Origin: an uncultured Candidatus Saccharibacteria bacterium
Lineage (GTDB): Bacteria > Patescibacteriota > Minisyncoccia > UBA6257 > 1-14-0-10-44-23
Length of the DNA: 64,000 nt
Direction of reading: 5' to 3'
Assembly: GCA_964394435.1 (NCBI GenBank)
Contig: CAYMXN010000003.1
Span: forward strand, 635-64,634
How positions within the stretch are numbered: position 1 is the first letter of the stretch; each line of letters starts with the position of its first letter. Below are positions 56,622 to 64,000 of this stretch, piece after piece. Both the position numbers and the translations under genes were made by a program. The notes under the pieces were generated by a model that was not told where the DNA came from, did no database searches, and saw nothing but the letters and a program-made list of their open reading frames with translations.

Positions 56622-57680
56622 ATGACTACTCGAACAATTCAAGTATCTTTTTTCTTTGCGATGTTCGGGATTATCGCGGTATTGGCATTTTTTATCTTTA
56701 AGCCATACCTCAATATTCTCGTGCTCGCGGCAACTTTCGCGGTTGTCTTTTATCCGCTTTATCAAAAACTGCGGAAGTTTTTTGGCGAAAAAAACCCTGG
56801 CGTAGCCGCTTGTGCAACGATCGTAAGTGTAATGATTATTGTATTTGTTCCGCTGACTATTTTAGGTACGCAAGTGGTGTCAGAAACGCAGATGTTAGTA
56901 AGTAGAATTAATGATGCGAATGCGCACGAAGAAAATATTTTAGGAAATCTACCGCTTTCAGATAACTCGACCATTCGTAGTCTCCAGGAGCGCGCCCAGG
57001 GATTTTTAACTGAATCGACCGCCGACCTTGGCCGCTTCGCGCAAAATATCTTAAGCAAAGTGATAAATAATCTCGCTGCGCTGTTTCAGAGTATCGCTCA
57101 AGCGTTTCTTGCTGTATTTCTTTGGTTCCTCGCTTTTTATTACTTCTTGCGCGACGGGCATCACATCAAAAAAGTGATCGTCGGGCTTTCGCCGCTATCT
57201 GATAAGTACGATAACGAGATTTTGAGTAAGGTTTCAGTTTCAATGAAGTCGGTTATCGGCGGGACACTGATTGTCGCAATTATTCAGGGTGTGCTCGCTG
57301 GTGTTGGGTTTTGGATTTTTACTATTCCAAGCCCATCAATCTGGGGAGCGCTTACGGTTATTACCGCACTTATTCCGATGGTGGGTACCGCACTTATTTC
57401 GATTCCGGCTATTGGGTATCTCTTTGTAACCGGCAATACCATAATGGCGATCGGACTGTTTATTTGGAGTATGTTGCTTGTTGGTGGTGTAGATAATATT
57501 ATTCGCCCAAAGTTGATCCAGCGCGGCATCCAAGTGCACCCATTTATTATCTTATTGAGCGTATTAGGTGGAATTAGTGTGTTTGGACCGATCGGATTTT
57601 TAACCGGTCCGATTATCGTGACGCTTTTCTCTGAATTTTTAAGCATCTATCGACATCTCGTCTTACATAAGGAAGAATAG
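56622..57680 (+). CDS. AI-2E family transporter
   Basis: Multi-TM; YYFLRDG, IPMVG, DN..RP, HP...LSVLGG..FG..G...GP. Confidence 0.9.
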   Translation: MTTRTIQVSFFFAMFGIIAVLAFFIFKPYLNILVLAATFAVVFYPLYQKLRKFFGEKNPGVAACATIVSVMIIVFVPLTILGTQVVSETQMLVSRINDANAHEENILGNLPLSDNSTIRSLQERAQGFLTESTADLGRFAQNILSKVINNLAALFQSIAQAFLAVFLWFLAFYYFLRDGHHIKKVIVGLSPLSDKYDNEILSKVSVSMKSVIGGTLIVAIIQGVLAGVGFWIFTIPSPSIWGALTVITALIPMVGTALISIPAIGYLFVTGNTIMAIGLFIWSMLLVGGVDNIIRPKLIQRGIQVHPFIILLSVLGGISVFGPIGFLTGPIIVTLFSEFLSIYRHLVLHKEE

Positions 57681-57685
57681 GGTTG

Positions 57686-58270
57686 ATGAAAAAGAGTCAG
57701 ATCGCCTCAATACTCAAAGAAGGTGGCGTAGCAATTATTCCAACCGACACACTGTACGGATTAGTTGCGCGCGCAGATAAACAGCAAGCAGTTGAGCGTA
57801 TCTATGCGATTAAGGGACGTACGCCAACTAAGCCGCTCATAATTTTGATTAGCTCGTTACAGGATATTGAACGATTCTCCGTCCAGTTAAATCACGACCA
57901 AAAGAAGATTTGTGAGAAACTCTGGCCAGGTAAGGTGAGTATTATTTTGCCATGTGCGCAAGAGCAGTTTGCGTATCTTCATCGCAAAACTAACTCGCTC
58001 GCGTTTCGTATGCCAAAGGCGAGCTGGTTGCGCAGGCTCATCGCGCAGACTGGTCCGTTGGTAGCTCCGAGCGCTAATCCGGAAGGGCTTGAGCCGGCAA
58101 AAACCATCAAAGAGGCGCGCGCTTATTTTAGCGATCAGGTTGATGGGTATTACTCTAGGCTGTTTCCGCGACTCGGCAAGCCTTCAACGTTGGTTGAGCT
58201 GCGAGGCGAGAAGGTGGTAGTCTTAAGGCAAGGAGCAGGTAGTATCCCAGAAGACTTAATCGCCAGCTAG
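57686..58270 (+). CDS. tsaC: Threonylcarbamoyl-AMP synthase (YrdC/Sua5)
   Basis: PTDTLYGL, IY.IKGR..KPL, WPG, PSAN, PST, LRQG. Confidence 0.92.
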   Translation: MKKSQIASILKEGGVAIIPTDTLYGLVARADKQQAVERIYAIKGRTPTKPLIILISSLQDIERFSVQLNHDQKKICEKLWPGKVSIILPCAQEQFAYLHRKTNSLAFRMPKASWLRRLIAQTGPLVAPSANPEGLEPAKTIKEARAYFSDQVDGYYSRLFPRLGKPSTLVELRGEKVVVLRQGAGSIPEDLIAS

Positions 58271-58287
58271 GCGAGAGGAGGTGTGCA

Positions 58288-58476
58288 GTGGCGCGATCGC
58301 AAGTCAGGAAAATCAGATCGTCAACAACTGTGCGACTCGTGAGACAATTACTTGCTCATCCAGCAAAGACGCCAGGCGTCGACCCGTGGTGGTTGCTTCA
58401 GCAGAAGATTAATCGCATGTGCAATCGGCAAAGGCGAGCGACGGAGCGTGTTATGCAGAGCGGTACAAGATGGTAG
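58288..58476 (+). CDS. Small basic ORFan (SD-led unit)
   Basis: AGGAGGTG-tgca-GTG; followed by hairpin CCCGTGCGCCTACC..GGTAGGCGCACGGG; no separate promoter seen. Confidence 0.55.
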   Translation: MARSQVRKIRSSTTVRLVRQLLAHPAKTPGVDPWWLLQQKINRMCNRQRRATERVMQSGTRW

Positions 58477-58526
58477 TTTCCCGTGCGCCTACCTTTGTGG
58501 TAGGCGCACGGGACCAATATCTATAT

Positions 58527-59210
58527 ATGAAAAAGAAGTTAGCAATTTTTGACATCGACGGAACAATTTTCCGCAACTCACTCCTCATTGAGCTGCATTG
58601 GAAGCTTATTAAAGATGGCGTATTTCCAAAATCTGACTTAGCAAAAATCGATAGCTACTATTGGGCGTGGGTAAACCGTGAAGGAAGTTATCAAGAATAT
58701 TTGGATAAAGTAATTGAAAGTTTTGATAAGGGTATTAAGGGTAAGCGAGTTGACGTTATTCGTTCAGCTGCGCGCGAAGTAGTTGAGCGGCAGAATAAAA
58801 TCGTCTACCGATTTACGCGTGACCTAATCAAGAAGATTCGCAAAGAGTATTTTTTACTGGCTATTTCCGGTTCGCCGATCGAAACCGTCGAAGAGTTTAA
58901 TCGATTTTGGAAGTTTGATGCGATTACTGGTACGACGCACGAAGAGCGCTTTGGGCGGTACACAGGTAAGAAAATATTGGTGCCATCGGCAGATAAAAAG
59001 GGGGTAATTATCGATTTTTTACAGACGCATCCGAATATCTCAACTACCGGTTCGATCGGTATTGGCGACACCGAGTCTGATATCGGCATCTTTGATATGG
59101 TGCAGCGACCCATTTGCTTTAACCCGACCAAGAAGTTATTTGAGGTAGCAAAACGAAAGAAGTGGCCGATTGTGGTTGAGCGGAAAAATGTCGTATATAA
59201 AATCCAGTAA
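58527..59210 (+). CDS. HAD-IB hydrolase (SerB-like)
   Basis: FDIDGT, ISGS, K, GDTESD, NP. Confidence 0.88.
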   Translation: MKKKLAIFDIDGTIFRNSLLIELHWKLIKDGVFPKSDLAKIDSYYWAWVNREGSYQEYLDKVIESFDKGIKGKRVDVIRSAAREVVERQNKIVYRFTRDLIKKIRKEYFLLAISGSPIETVEEFNRFWKFDAITGTTHEERFGRYTGKKILVPSADKKGVIIDFLQTHPNISTTGSIGIGDTESDIGIFDMVQRPICFNPTKKLFEVAKRKKWPIVVERKNVVYKIQ

Positions 59211-59245
59211 ATCAAAAACCCGCGCGATGCGCGGGTTTTTGATTT
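59209..59245. terminator. Bidirectional terminator
   Basis: AAATCAAAAACCCGCGC-gat-GCGCGGGTTTTTGATTT. Confidence 0.85.
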
Positions 59246-59249
59246 CAGA

Positions 59250-60869
59250 TTACTGCTCTTGGACGTTTGGCGTATTCACTTTGATCGTGATTGATTGAGT
59301 GACATTGCCGTAGGTGAGAGTGTACGTGGTGTCTGCAGTTGGAGAGACGACGCGTGTACCACTCTTACTTACGCTTCCCAGGCCAGAAATATTAGCAGTC
59401 GCACCACCATTGCTGCAGCTCCATGAGAGGGTTGAGGTATCAATCCCTTTGATGATCGTCAGCTTAGAGGCAGCGAAGGTACAAGTTGCTGGTTGTTCAG
59501 TTGTTCCAGTCCCGCCGTTAGTCCCGCCGTTATTCGTGCCGCCATTCGTACCCGGGTTAGTTCCAGGATCAGCTGTTGGGTTGTTTGGAGGTGGGATGAC
59601 TGGACAAGAAGGGTTAGTAGGAGGAGTGGTAACCGTTGAGTTAACGTCAAAACTATAGTTGAAGCCGATAGCGGAATTGTCATCAGGATTACGCTGTCCA
59701 ACCGTGAAGACGATCGTGTTAGTACCGGTGTTCATTACCGAAGCCGGTACGGTTACCGAAGTTGGGGCGGTAAAGAGGACCTGTCCGGCATTTTGATGAT
59801 CAAAGACCTGATTGCCATTAATCTTCACGTTCAAGAGATCGTCTGCCATTACGAGGAGTGTGCTTTCTTGGGGAACTCCCTCGATGACAAATGTCTTAGT
59901 GAAAGCGATTTGTGTGCCACCGGCAGGACCAGAGCCGTTCTGATTTGCAGTTGTCTTGTACGAAACCCAGGAGGTGTTTGTGATTGGGGCCGCCCACTTA
60001 CTACCCTTTGAGATTTTTACCGAAGTGCCGGTTGTTGGAGAGACATTTCCAGGGTTAGTGATGAATTGGAACGACTCGCCACCAGGAACAATCGTTATTT
60101 TTTTGCTCGTAATGGTTGGAGTGCAAGCGTCGCCTACGATCGGGTCTGGATTCTTTTCAAGTGCAAAATAAATTGCGTTTAAGTGACCACCAGCTTGATT
60201 TACGTTGGCATCTTGGAAGCCGAGATTGCTCCAGGCAGTTGAAACGATAGAGCCCTTAGTCCCATTTTCATTTTGAAGCTGCGTAGAGACGCGAAGCGTT
60301 CGCTCAACTTCGTCATTGGCTCCAAAAAAGCTGGCAGATTTAATACGGAAGCGCACCGCTCCAATCGTTCCGTTATTTGAGGTTGTAAGTTTTAAGAAGT
60401 TGCCGTTGGTAACCGAGATCGCATCGGAGCACGTTTCAGTGCCAATATTCTGAATCTTAGAGCTCTGCCCACCAAAGATAGACTGAAAGAAGCTCTTACT
60501 CGTTTTTATTTCAGCCGCCTGTCCGCAAAGTACAAAATCTTTTGTCGTCGTAATCGTTTGCGAAGGGAAGAGGTTTATTTTCAGACAGTTGACTTGCGAA
60601 CCATCGCGATTTGTCGCCCAATCGCCCCATCCGGTGCCGAAAAATCCAAGAGCGTTAGTGTCGTTGACCGACTTTGTGTAAATAACATCGCTACGCCAAT
60701 CATAATTGCCTTTAGCAACAGTAGTTGGGTTGGCTGGATTCCAACACGTGTGTCCACCGGTTTGATAGGTGATGTATACGTCAGGAACTTTTGCGTAGAG
60801 CACCGAAGTGCTTGTGGTTGCTACGACGACGAGCGTAGCAATAAAAGAGAACAGGCGAAATCGTTTCAT
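59250..60869 (-). CDS. Secreted Thr/Gly/Asn-rich surface protein with lectin-like and Ig-like domains
   Basis: Signal peptide; SW...F.KTF..ADD....ING..G.N pattern; PGTNGG linker; TLSW..VSP...TTYTLT. Confidence 0.75.
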   Translation of the reverse strand: MKRFRLFSFIATLVVVATTSTSVLYAKVPDVYITYQTGGHTCWNPANPTTVAKGNYDWRSDVIYTKSVNDTNALGFFGTGWGDWATNRDGSQVNCLKINLFPSQTITTTKDFVLCGQAAEIKTSKSFFQSIFGGQSSKIQNIGTETCSDAISVTNGNFLKLTTSNNGTIGAVRFRIKSASFFGANDEVERTLRVSTQLQNENGTKGSIVSTAWSNLGFQDANVNQAGGHLNAIYFALEKNPDPIVGDACTPTITSKKITIVPGGESFQFITNPGNVSPTTGTSVKISKGSKWAAPITNTSWVSYKTTANQNGSGPAGGTQIAFTKTFVIEGVPQESTLLVMADDLLNVKINGNQVFDHQNAGQVLFTAPTSVTVPASVMNTGTNTIVFTVGQRNPDDNSAIGFNYSFDVNSTVTTPPTNPSCPVIPPPNNPTADPGTNPGTNGGTNNGGTNGGTGTTEQPATCTFAASKLTIIKGIDTSTLSWSCSNGGATANISGLGSVSKSGTRVVSPTADTTYTLTYGNVTQSITIKVNTPNVQEQ

Positions 60870-60953
60870 ACGTTAATTTGTAAAATTACATTAAGGAGCG
60901 ACTTTGTACCTTTTATTTTAACAGACTTTAAAGCATAGTAGAATTAACACTGT

Positions 60954-61496
60954 ATGATCGCGGTATTTACTGGTAATGGAAAAGGAAAAACTACTTCGGC
61001 GCTCGGAGCCGCTTTGCGTGCGGTAGGGAGGGGGCAGCGCGTATTAATGGTTCAGTTTATTAAGGGACCGTGGAAGTCGGGCGAGGACACCTCGACGAGC
61101 TTTTTGAGCGATGAGATTGTGCAAAAAAAGCTGGGAACGGGTGGGCTGACATTTAAGAAGATGGGGTTGGGCTTTGTAGGCATCTTGGGTGACAGTCTTC
61201 CATTTACCGAACATGAGCAGGCAGCGCAGAAAGCATTGGCTTATATAGATGAACATATGAGTCAGTACGATATGGTGATTATGGACGAGGTAAACGTTGC
61301 GACGTCACTTAAACTTGTTTCTCCAGGAGAGGTGTTAGCCGTAGTGCGGAAGATGCCTGAAGAAAAACTGATCGTACTAACAGGTCGTGGAGCTCCGCAA
61401 GAGTTTATTGACGTCGCTGATTTAGCGACAGAGATGAAAGAGCTTAAGCATCCATACAATAATGGCAAGTTAGGTAAGATTAATGTAGAGTTTTAA
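60954..61496 (+). CDS. btuR: Cob(I)alamin adenosyltransferase (CobA/BtuR family)
   Basis: TGNGKGKTTSA.G..RA.G, QFIKG, DEVN, LTGR, AD..TEM...KHPY. Confidence 0.9.
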   Translation: MIAVFTGNGKGKTTSALGAALRAVGRGQRVLMVQFIKGPWKSGEDTSTSFLSDEIVQKKLGTGGLTFKKMGLGFVGILGDSLPFTEHEQAAQKALAYIDEHMSQYDMVIMDEVNVATSLKLVSPGEVLAVVRKMPEEKLIVLTGRGAPQEFIDVADLATEMKELKHPYNNGKLGKINVEF

Positions 61497-61497
61497 T

Positions 61498-62127
61498 ATG
61501 ATTGTTATTTTCCAGATTGTCGTTCTTATCTTCTCGGTCATTGTGCACGAAATCGCGCACGGATTTATCGCGCTCCGATTGGGTGATCGTACGGCAAAAG
61601 ATTTGGGCCGACTAACGCTTAACCCCGTCAAGCATATTGATTTGTTCGGCTCAATTTTATTTCCACTCGCATTAAGTATTTTTAAACTTCCGATAATTGG
61701 CTGGGCGAAGCCCGTGCCATTTGATCCACGTAATCTGAAAAATCCAAAACGAGACTCTGGATTGATCGCCGCCGCTGGTCCACTTACGAATATATTCGTC
61801 GCATTAGTTTTTGGTATGCTCGTCCGCTCGCTCTCGCTAGTCACAATTACGCCAACGGTCATCGCTCTCGCGTTGATGTTTAACTACATCTGTATTATCA
61901 ATATCAGCTTGGCGATTTTTAACCTCGTGCCAATTCCGCCACTGGATGGCTCGGGTATTTTATTCTCGCTTCTCCCGAGAAGCTTCCAACCATTTGAGGA
62001 CGCGTTCGTTAAATACGGCTTCTATATATTGATCGTTTTTATCGCATATGGGATTAATTTGATTAGCCCGGTTATTATGAAATTACACGTATTATTTACG
62101 GGGTCGGGAGGGTTTCTTGGAATCTAA
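61498..62127 (+). CDS. Site-2 protease (M50)
   Basis: HEIAH, GD.TA..GRLTLNP, AGP..N, FNL.PIPPLDG. Confidence 0.92.
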   Translation: MIVIFQIVVLIFSVIVHEIAHGFIALRLGDRTAKDLGRLTLNPVKHIDLFGSILFPLALSIFKLPIIGWAKPVPFDPRNLKNPKRDSGLIAAAGPLTNIFVALVFGMLVRSLSLVTITPTVIALALMFNYICIINISLAIFNLVPIPPLDGSGILFSLLPRSFQPFEDAFVKYGFYILIVFIAYGINLISPVIMKLHVLFTGSGGFLGI

Positions 62128-62137
62128 AAGCTCTTTA

Positions 62138-62167
62138 TTGACAGCCCCACGCTTGTTTTGCTATTAT
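62138..62167 (+). promoter_or_regulatory. str operon promoter
   Basis: TTGACA-N18-TATTAT with TG extension. Confidence 0.75.
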
Positions 62168-62211
62168 CTTCCTACGTTTCACCTGATGTGAAACCGTTAT
62201 TTTTTAAAGAA

Positions 62212-62640
62212 ATGCCAACAATCCGACAACTCGTAAAGAAGGGACGCAAGTCCTACGCCAGTAAAGCAAAGGCGCCAGCACTGCGCCGTTATTTCAATTC
62301 GATTCAAAACCGCCCAATGGTGGTCTTTTCGCCATTCAAGCGTGGAGTATGTGTAAAGGTAGCAACGATGACTCCAAAAAAGCCAAACTCTGCTATTCGT
62401 AAAATCGCTCGTGTTCGTTTAACCAACGGCATGGAAGTAACCGCGTATATTCCAGGTGAGGGTCACAACCTTCAAGAGCACTCGGTCGTAATCGTCCGTG
62501 GTGGTCGCGTAAAAGACTTGCCAGGTGTTCGCTATCACGTTGTTCGTGGTCGTCTCGACACCTCTGGCGTCGAAGCTCGCCGTCAGCAGCGTTCAGCATA
62601 CGGTGCGAAGAAACCAAAGGGAGGAGCAAAAGCAGAGTAA
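62212..62640 (+). CDS. rpsL: 30S ribosomal protein S12
   Basis: [31 protein letters not shown]; start at ATG 62212. Confidence 0.98.
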   Translation: MPTIRQLVKKGRKSYASKAKAPALRRYFNSIQNRPMVVFSPFKRGVCVKVATMTPKKPNSAIRKIARVRLTNGMEVTAYIPGEGHNLQEHSVVIVRGGRVKDLPGVRYHVVRGRLDTSGVEARRQQRSAYGAKKPKGGAKAE

Positions 62641-62655
62641 TACTAATATCGAACT

Positions 62656-63123
62656 ATGCGTAAGAAACGAAACTACAAACGAGATCACCAGCCAGATATG
62701 AAGTACCAAAGCATCGCTGTGGCTCGTTTTATCAACACATTGATGCACGACGGTAAGAAATCAATTGCCGAAAAGGTAATGTACGATGCGTTTGATGCGA
62801 TCAAAGAGCAGACCAAGCAGGAGCCACTCAAAGTATTTGAGCTCGCGCTTGAAAACGCTCAACCAGTAGTTGAGGTTGCGAGTAAGCGTGTCGGTGGTGC
62901 GAACTATCAGGTTCCACGCGAGGTACGCCCAGAGCGCAAGTTCATGCTCGCCACTCGTTGGATGATTTTAGCCGCTCGCGGAAAGACCGGAAAGCCGATG
63001 GCGCAGCGTCTTGCTGAAGAGATTATCTTGGCTTCGAAGAACGAAGGTTCTGCAATTAAAAAGAAACAAGATATTCACCGTATGGCAGAAGCGAACCGTG
63101 CCTTTGCCCACTTTAGCTGGTAA
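62656..63123 (+). CDS. rpsG: 30S ribosomal protein S7
   Basis: [27 protein letters not shown]. Confidence 0.98.
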   Translation: MRKKRNYKRDHQPDMKYQSIAVARFINTLMHDGKKSIAEKVMYDAFDAIKEQTKQEPLKVFELALENAQPVVEVASKRVGGANYQVPREVRPERKFMLATRWMILAARGKTGKPMAQRLAEEIILASKNEGSAIKKKQDIHRMAEANRAFAHFSW

Positions 63124-63137
63124 TTCAGTATGTCGTC

Positions 63138-63159
63138 ATAGCCTCCCTTGGGAGGCTAT
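63138..63159 (+). other. Intergenic hairpin between rpsG and fusA
   Basis: ATAGCCTCCC-tt-GGGAGGCTAT. Confidence 0.6.
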
Positions 63160-63203
63160 CGGCATTTTTATCGCAAATATCATTAACCAATAATTACACA
63201 CGT

Positions 63204-64000
63204 ATGTCCCGCCAGTACCCGCTCGAAAAAACTCGAAATTTCGGAATCGTTGCCCACATTGACGCCGGTAAGACGACCACGTCTGAACGCGTTCTTTTTT
63301 ATACTGGTGTTTCGCACAAGATTGGTGAAGTGCACACAGGAGATACGGTCATGGACTGGATGGTTCAGGAGCGTGAGCGTGGTATTACGATTACTTCGGC
63401 CGCAACAACTTGTTTTTGGACGCCAACATATAAAACGAAGGAAGAAATCGCAAAGAAACAGGATCACACCTACCGTTTCAACCTTATCGACACCCCGGGT
63501 CACATCGACTTTACCGTAGAGGTAAAGCGTTCACTCCGCGTACTCGATGGAGCAGTGGTTGTATTTGATGGTGTCTCTGGTGTAGAGCCACAGTCGGAGA
63601 CGAACTGGCGCTATGCTGATGAGTACAACGTTCCTCGTGTCTGTTTTGTAAACAAGCTCGACCGTATGGGTGCGAGTTTTGATTACTGTGTAAAGTCTAT
63701 TCGCGAGCGCTTAAACCCAAACGCTGTTCCAATTCAACTTCCAATCGGATCAGAGGCGGATTTTTCTGGAATTATCGACTTGATGCGCATGAAGGCGTAC
63801 AAGTTTGAAGGCGAAAAGGGAGTTGATATTATCGAAATTCCAATTCCAGCTGATATGGCTGATGCAGCTAAAAAAGCTCGTGCCGAATTAGTTGAGAAAA
63901 TTGTTGAGCAGGATGATCAGTTGATGTCAGCCTATCTCGAAGGAAAGGAGCCATCTCTCGAAGATTTAAAGAAGACGTTGCGTAAAGCAACCCTCGCGGT
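63204..64000 (+). CDS. fusA: Elongation factor G, 5' part (runs off window)
   Basis: [50 protein letters not shown]. Confidence 0.97.
   Translation, partial: MSRQYPLEKTRNFGIVAHIDAGKTTTSERVLFYTGVSHKIGEVHTGDTVMDWMVQERERGITITSAATTCFWTPTYKTKEEIAKKQDHTYRFNLIDTPGHIDFTVEVKRSLRVLDGAVVVFDGVSGVEPQSETNWRYADEYNVPRVCFVNKLDRMGASFDYCVKSIRERLNPNAVPIQLPIGSEADFSGIIDLMRMKAYKFEGEKGVDIIEIPIPADMADAAKKARAELVEKIVEQDDQLMSAYLEGKEPSLEDLKKTLRKATLA

Noticed and set aside
59490-59570. Short tandem repeats as a DNA-level element
   Set aside because: They encode a (P/G)GTN(G) linker in a surface protein.

Overview
64 kb of a reduced bacterial chromosome, most consistent with Patescibacteria/CPR (Parcubacteria-like). Support: CxxC-x17-CxxC protein, CPDGSYVGR-motif mini-protein, many N-anchored surface proteins, no biosynthetic operons, SD-less core genes. 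All product calls are by motif recognition; no database search was run. Contents: DNA repair/recombination genes (uvrC 3' part, nfo, UvrD-nuclease fusion, PIF1-like helicase, dinB, radC); a defence block (Phd/RelE TA, half-HsdS, hsdM, Shedu-like DUF4263 nuclease, hsdS, hsdR, YgjP-like peptidase); tRNA-Arg(TCT); a stress/VOC cluster; a copper locus; translation genes (dus, engB, obg, typA, tsaC, rpsL, rpsG, 5' fusA). The main unexplained signal is a two-tier expression architecture. Conserved genes, including rpsL/rpsG/fusA/typA, have no Shine-Dalgarno and are often leaderless. About 16 short genes, nearly all unrecognisable, are self-contained units with a strong GGAG(G)-type SD, their own terminator hairpin and usually their own sigma70 promoter; six form a tandem array at 9.1-11.6 kb. 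Several have the SD folded into a hairpin, and three appear to start at ATC/CTG, including a zinc-ribbon gene missing from the ORF track. Other candidates: a Cys/His leader ORF plus hairpin before the copper genes, in-frame palindromic micro-insertions, a duplicated dinB 5' end and a MITE-like repeat supplying the copA ATG.
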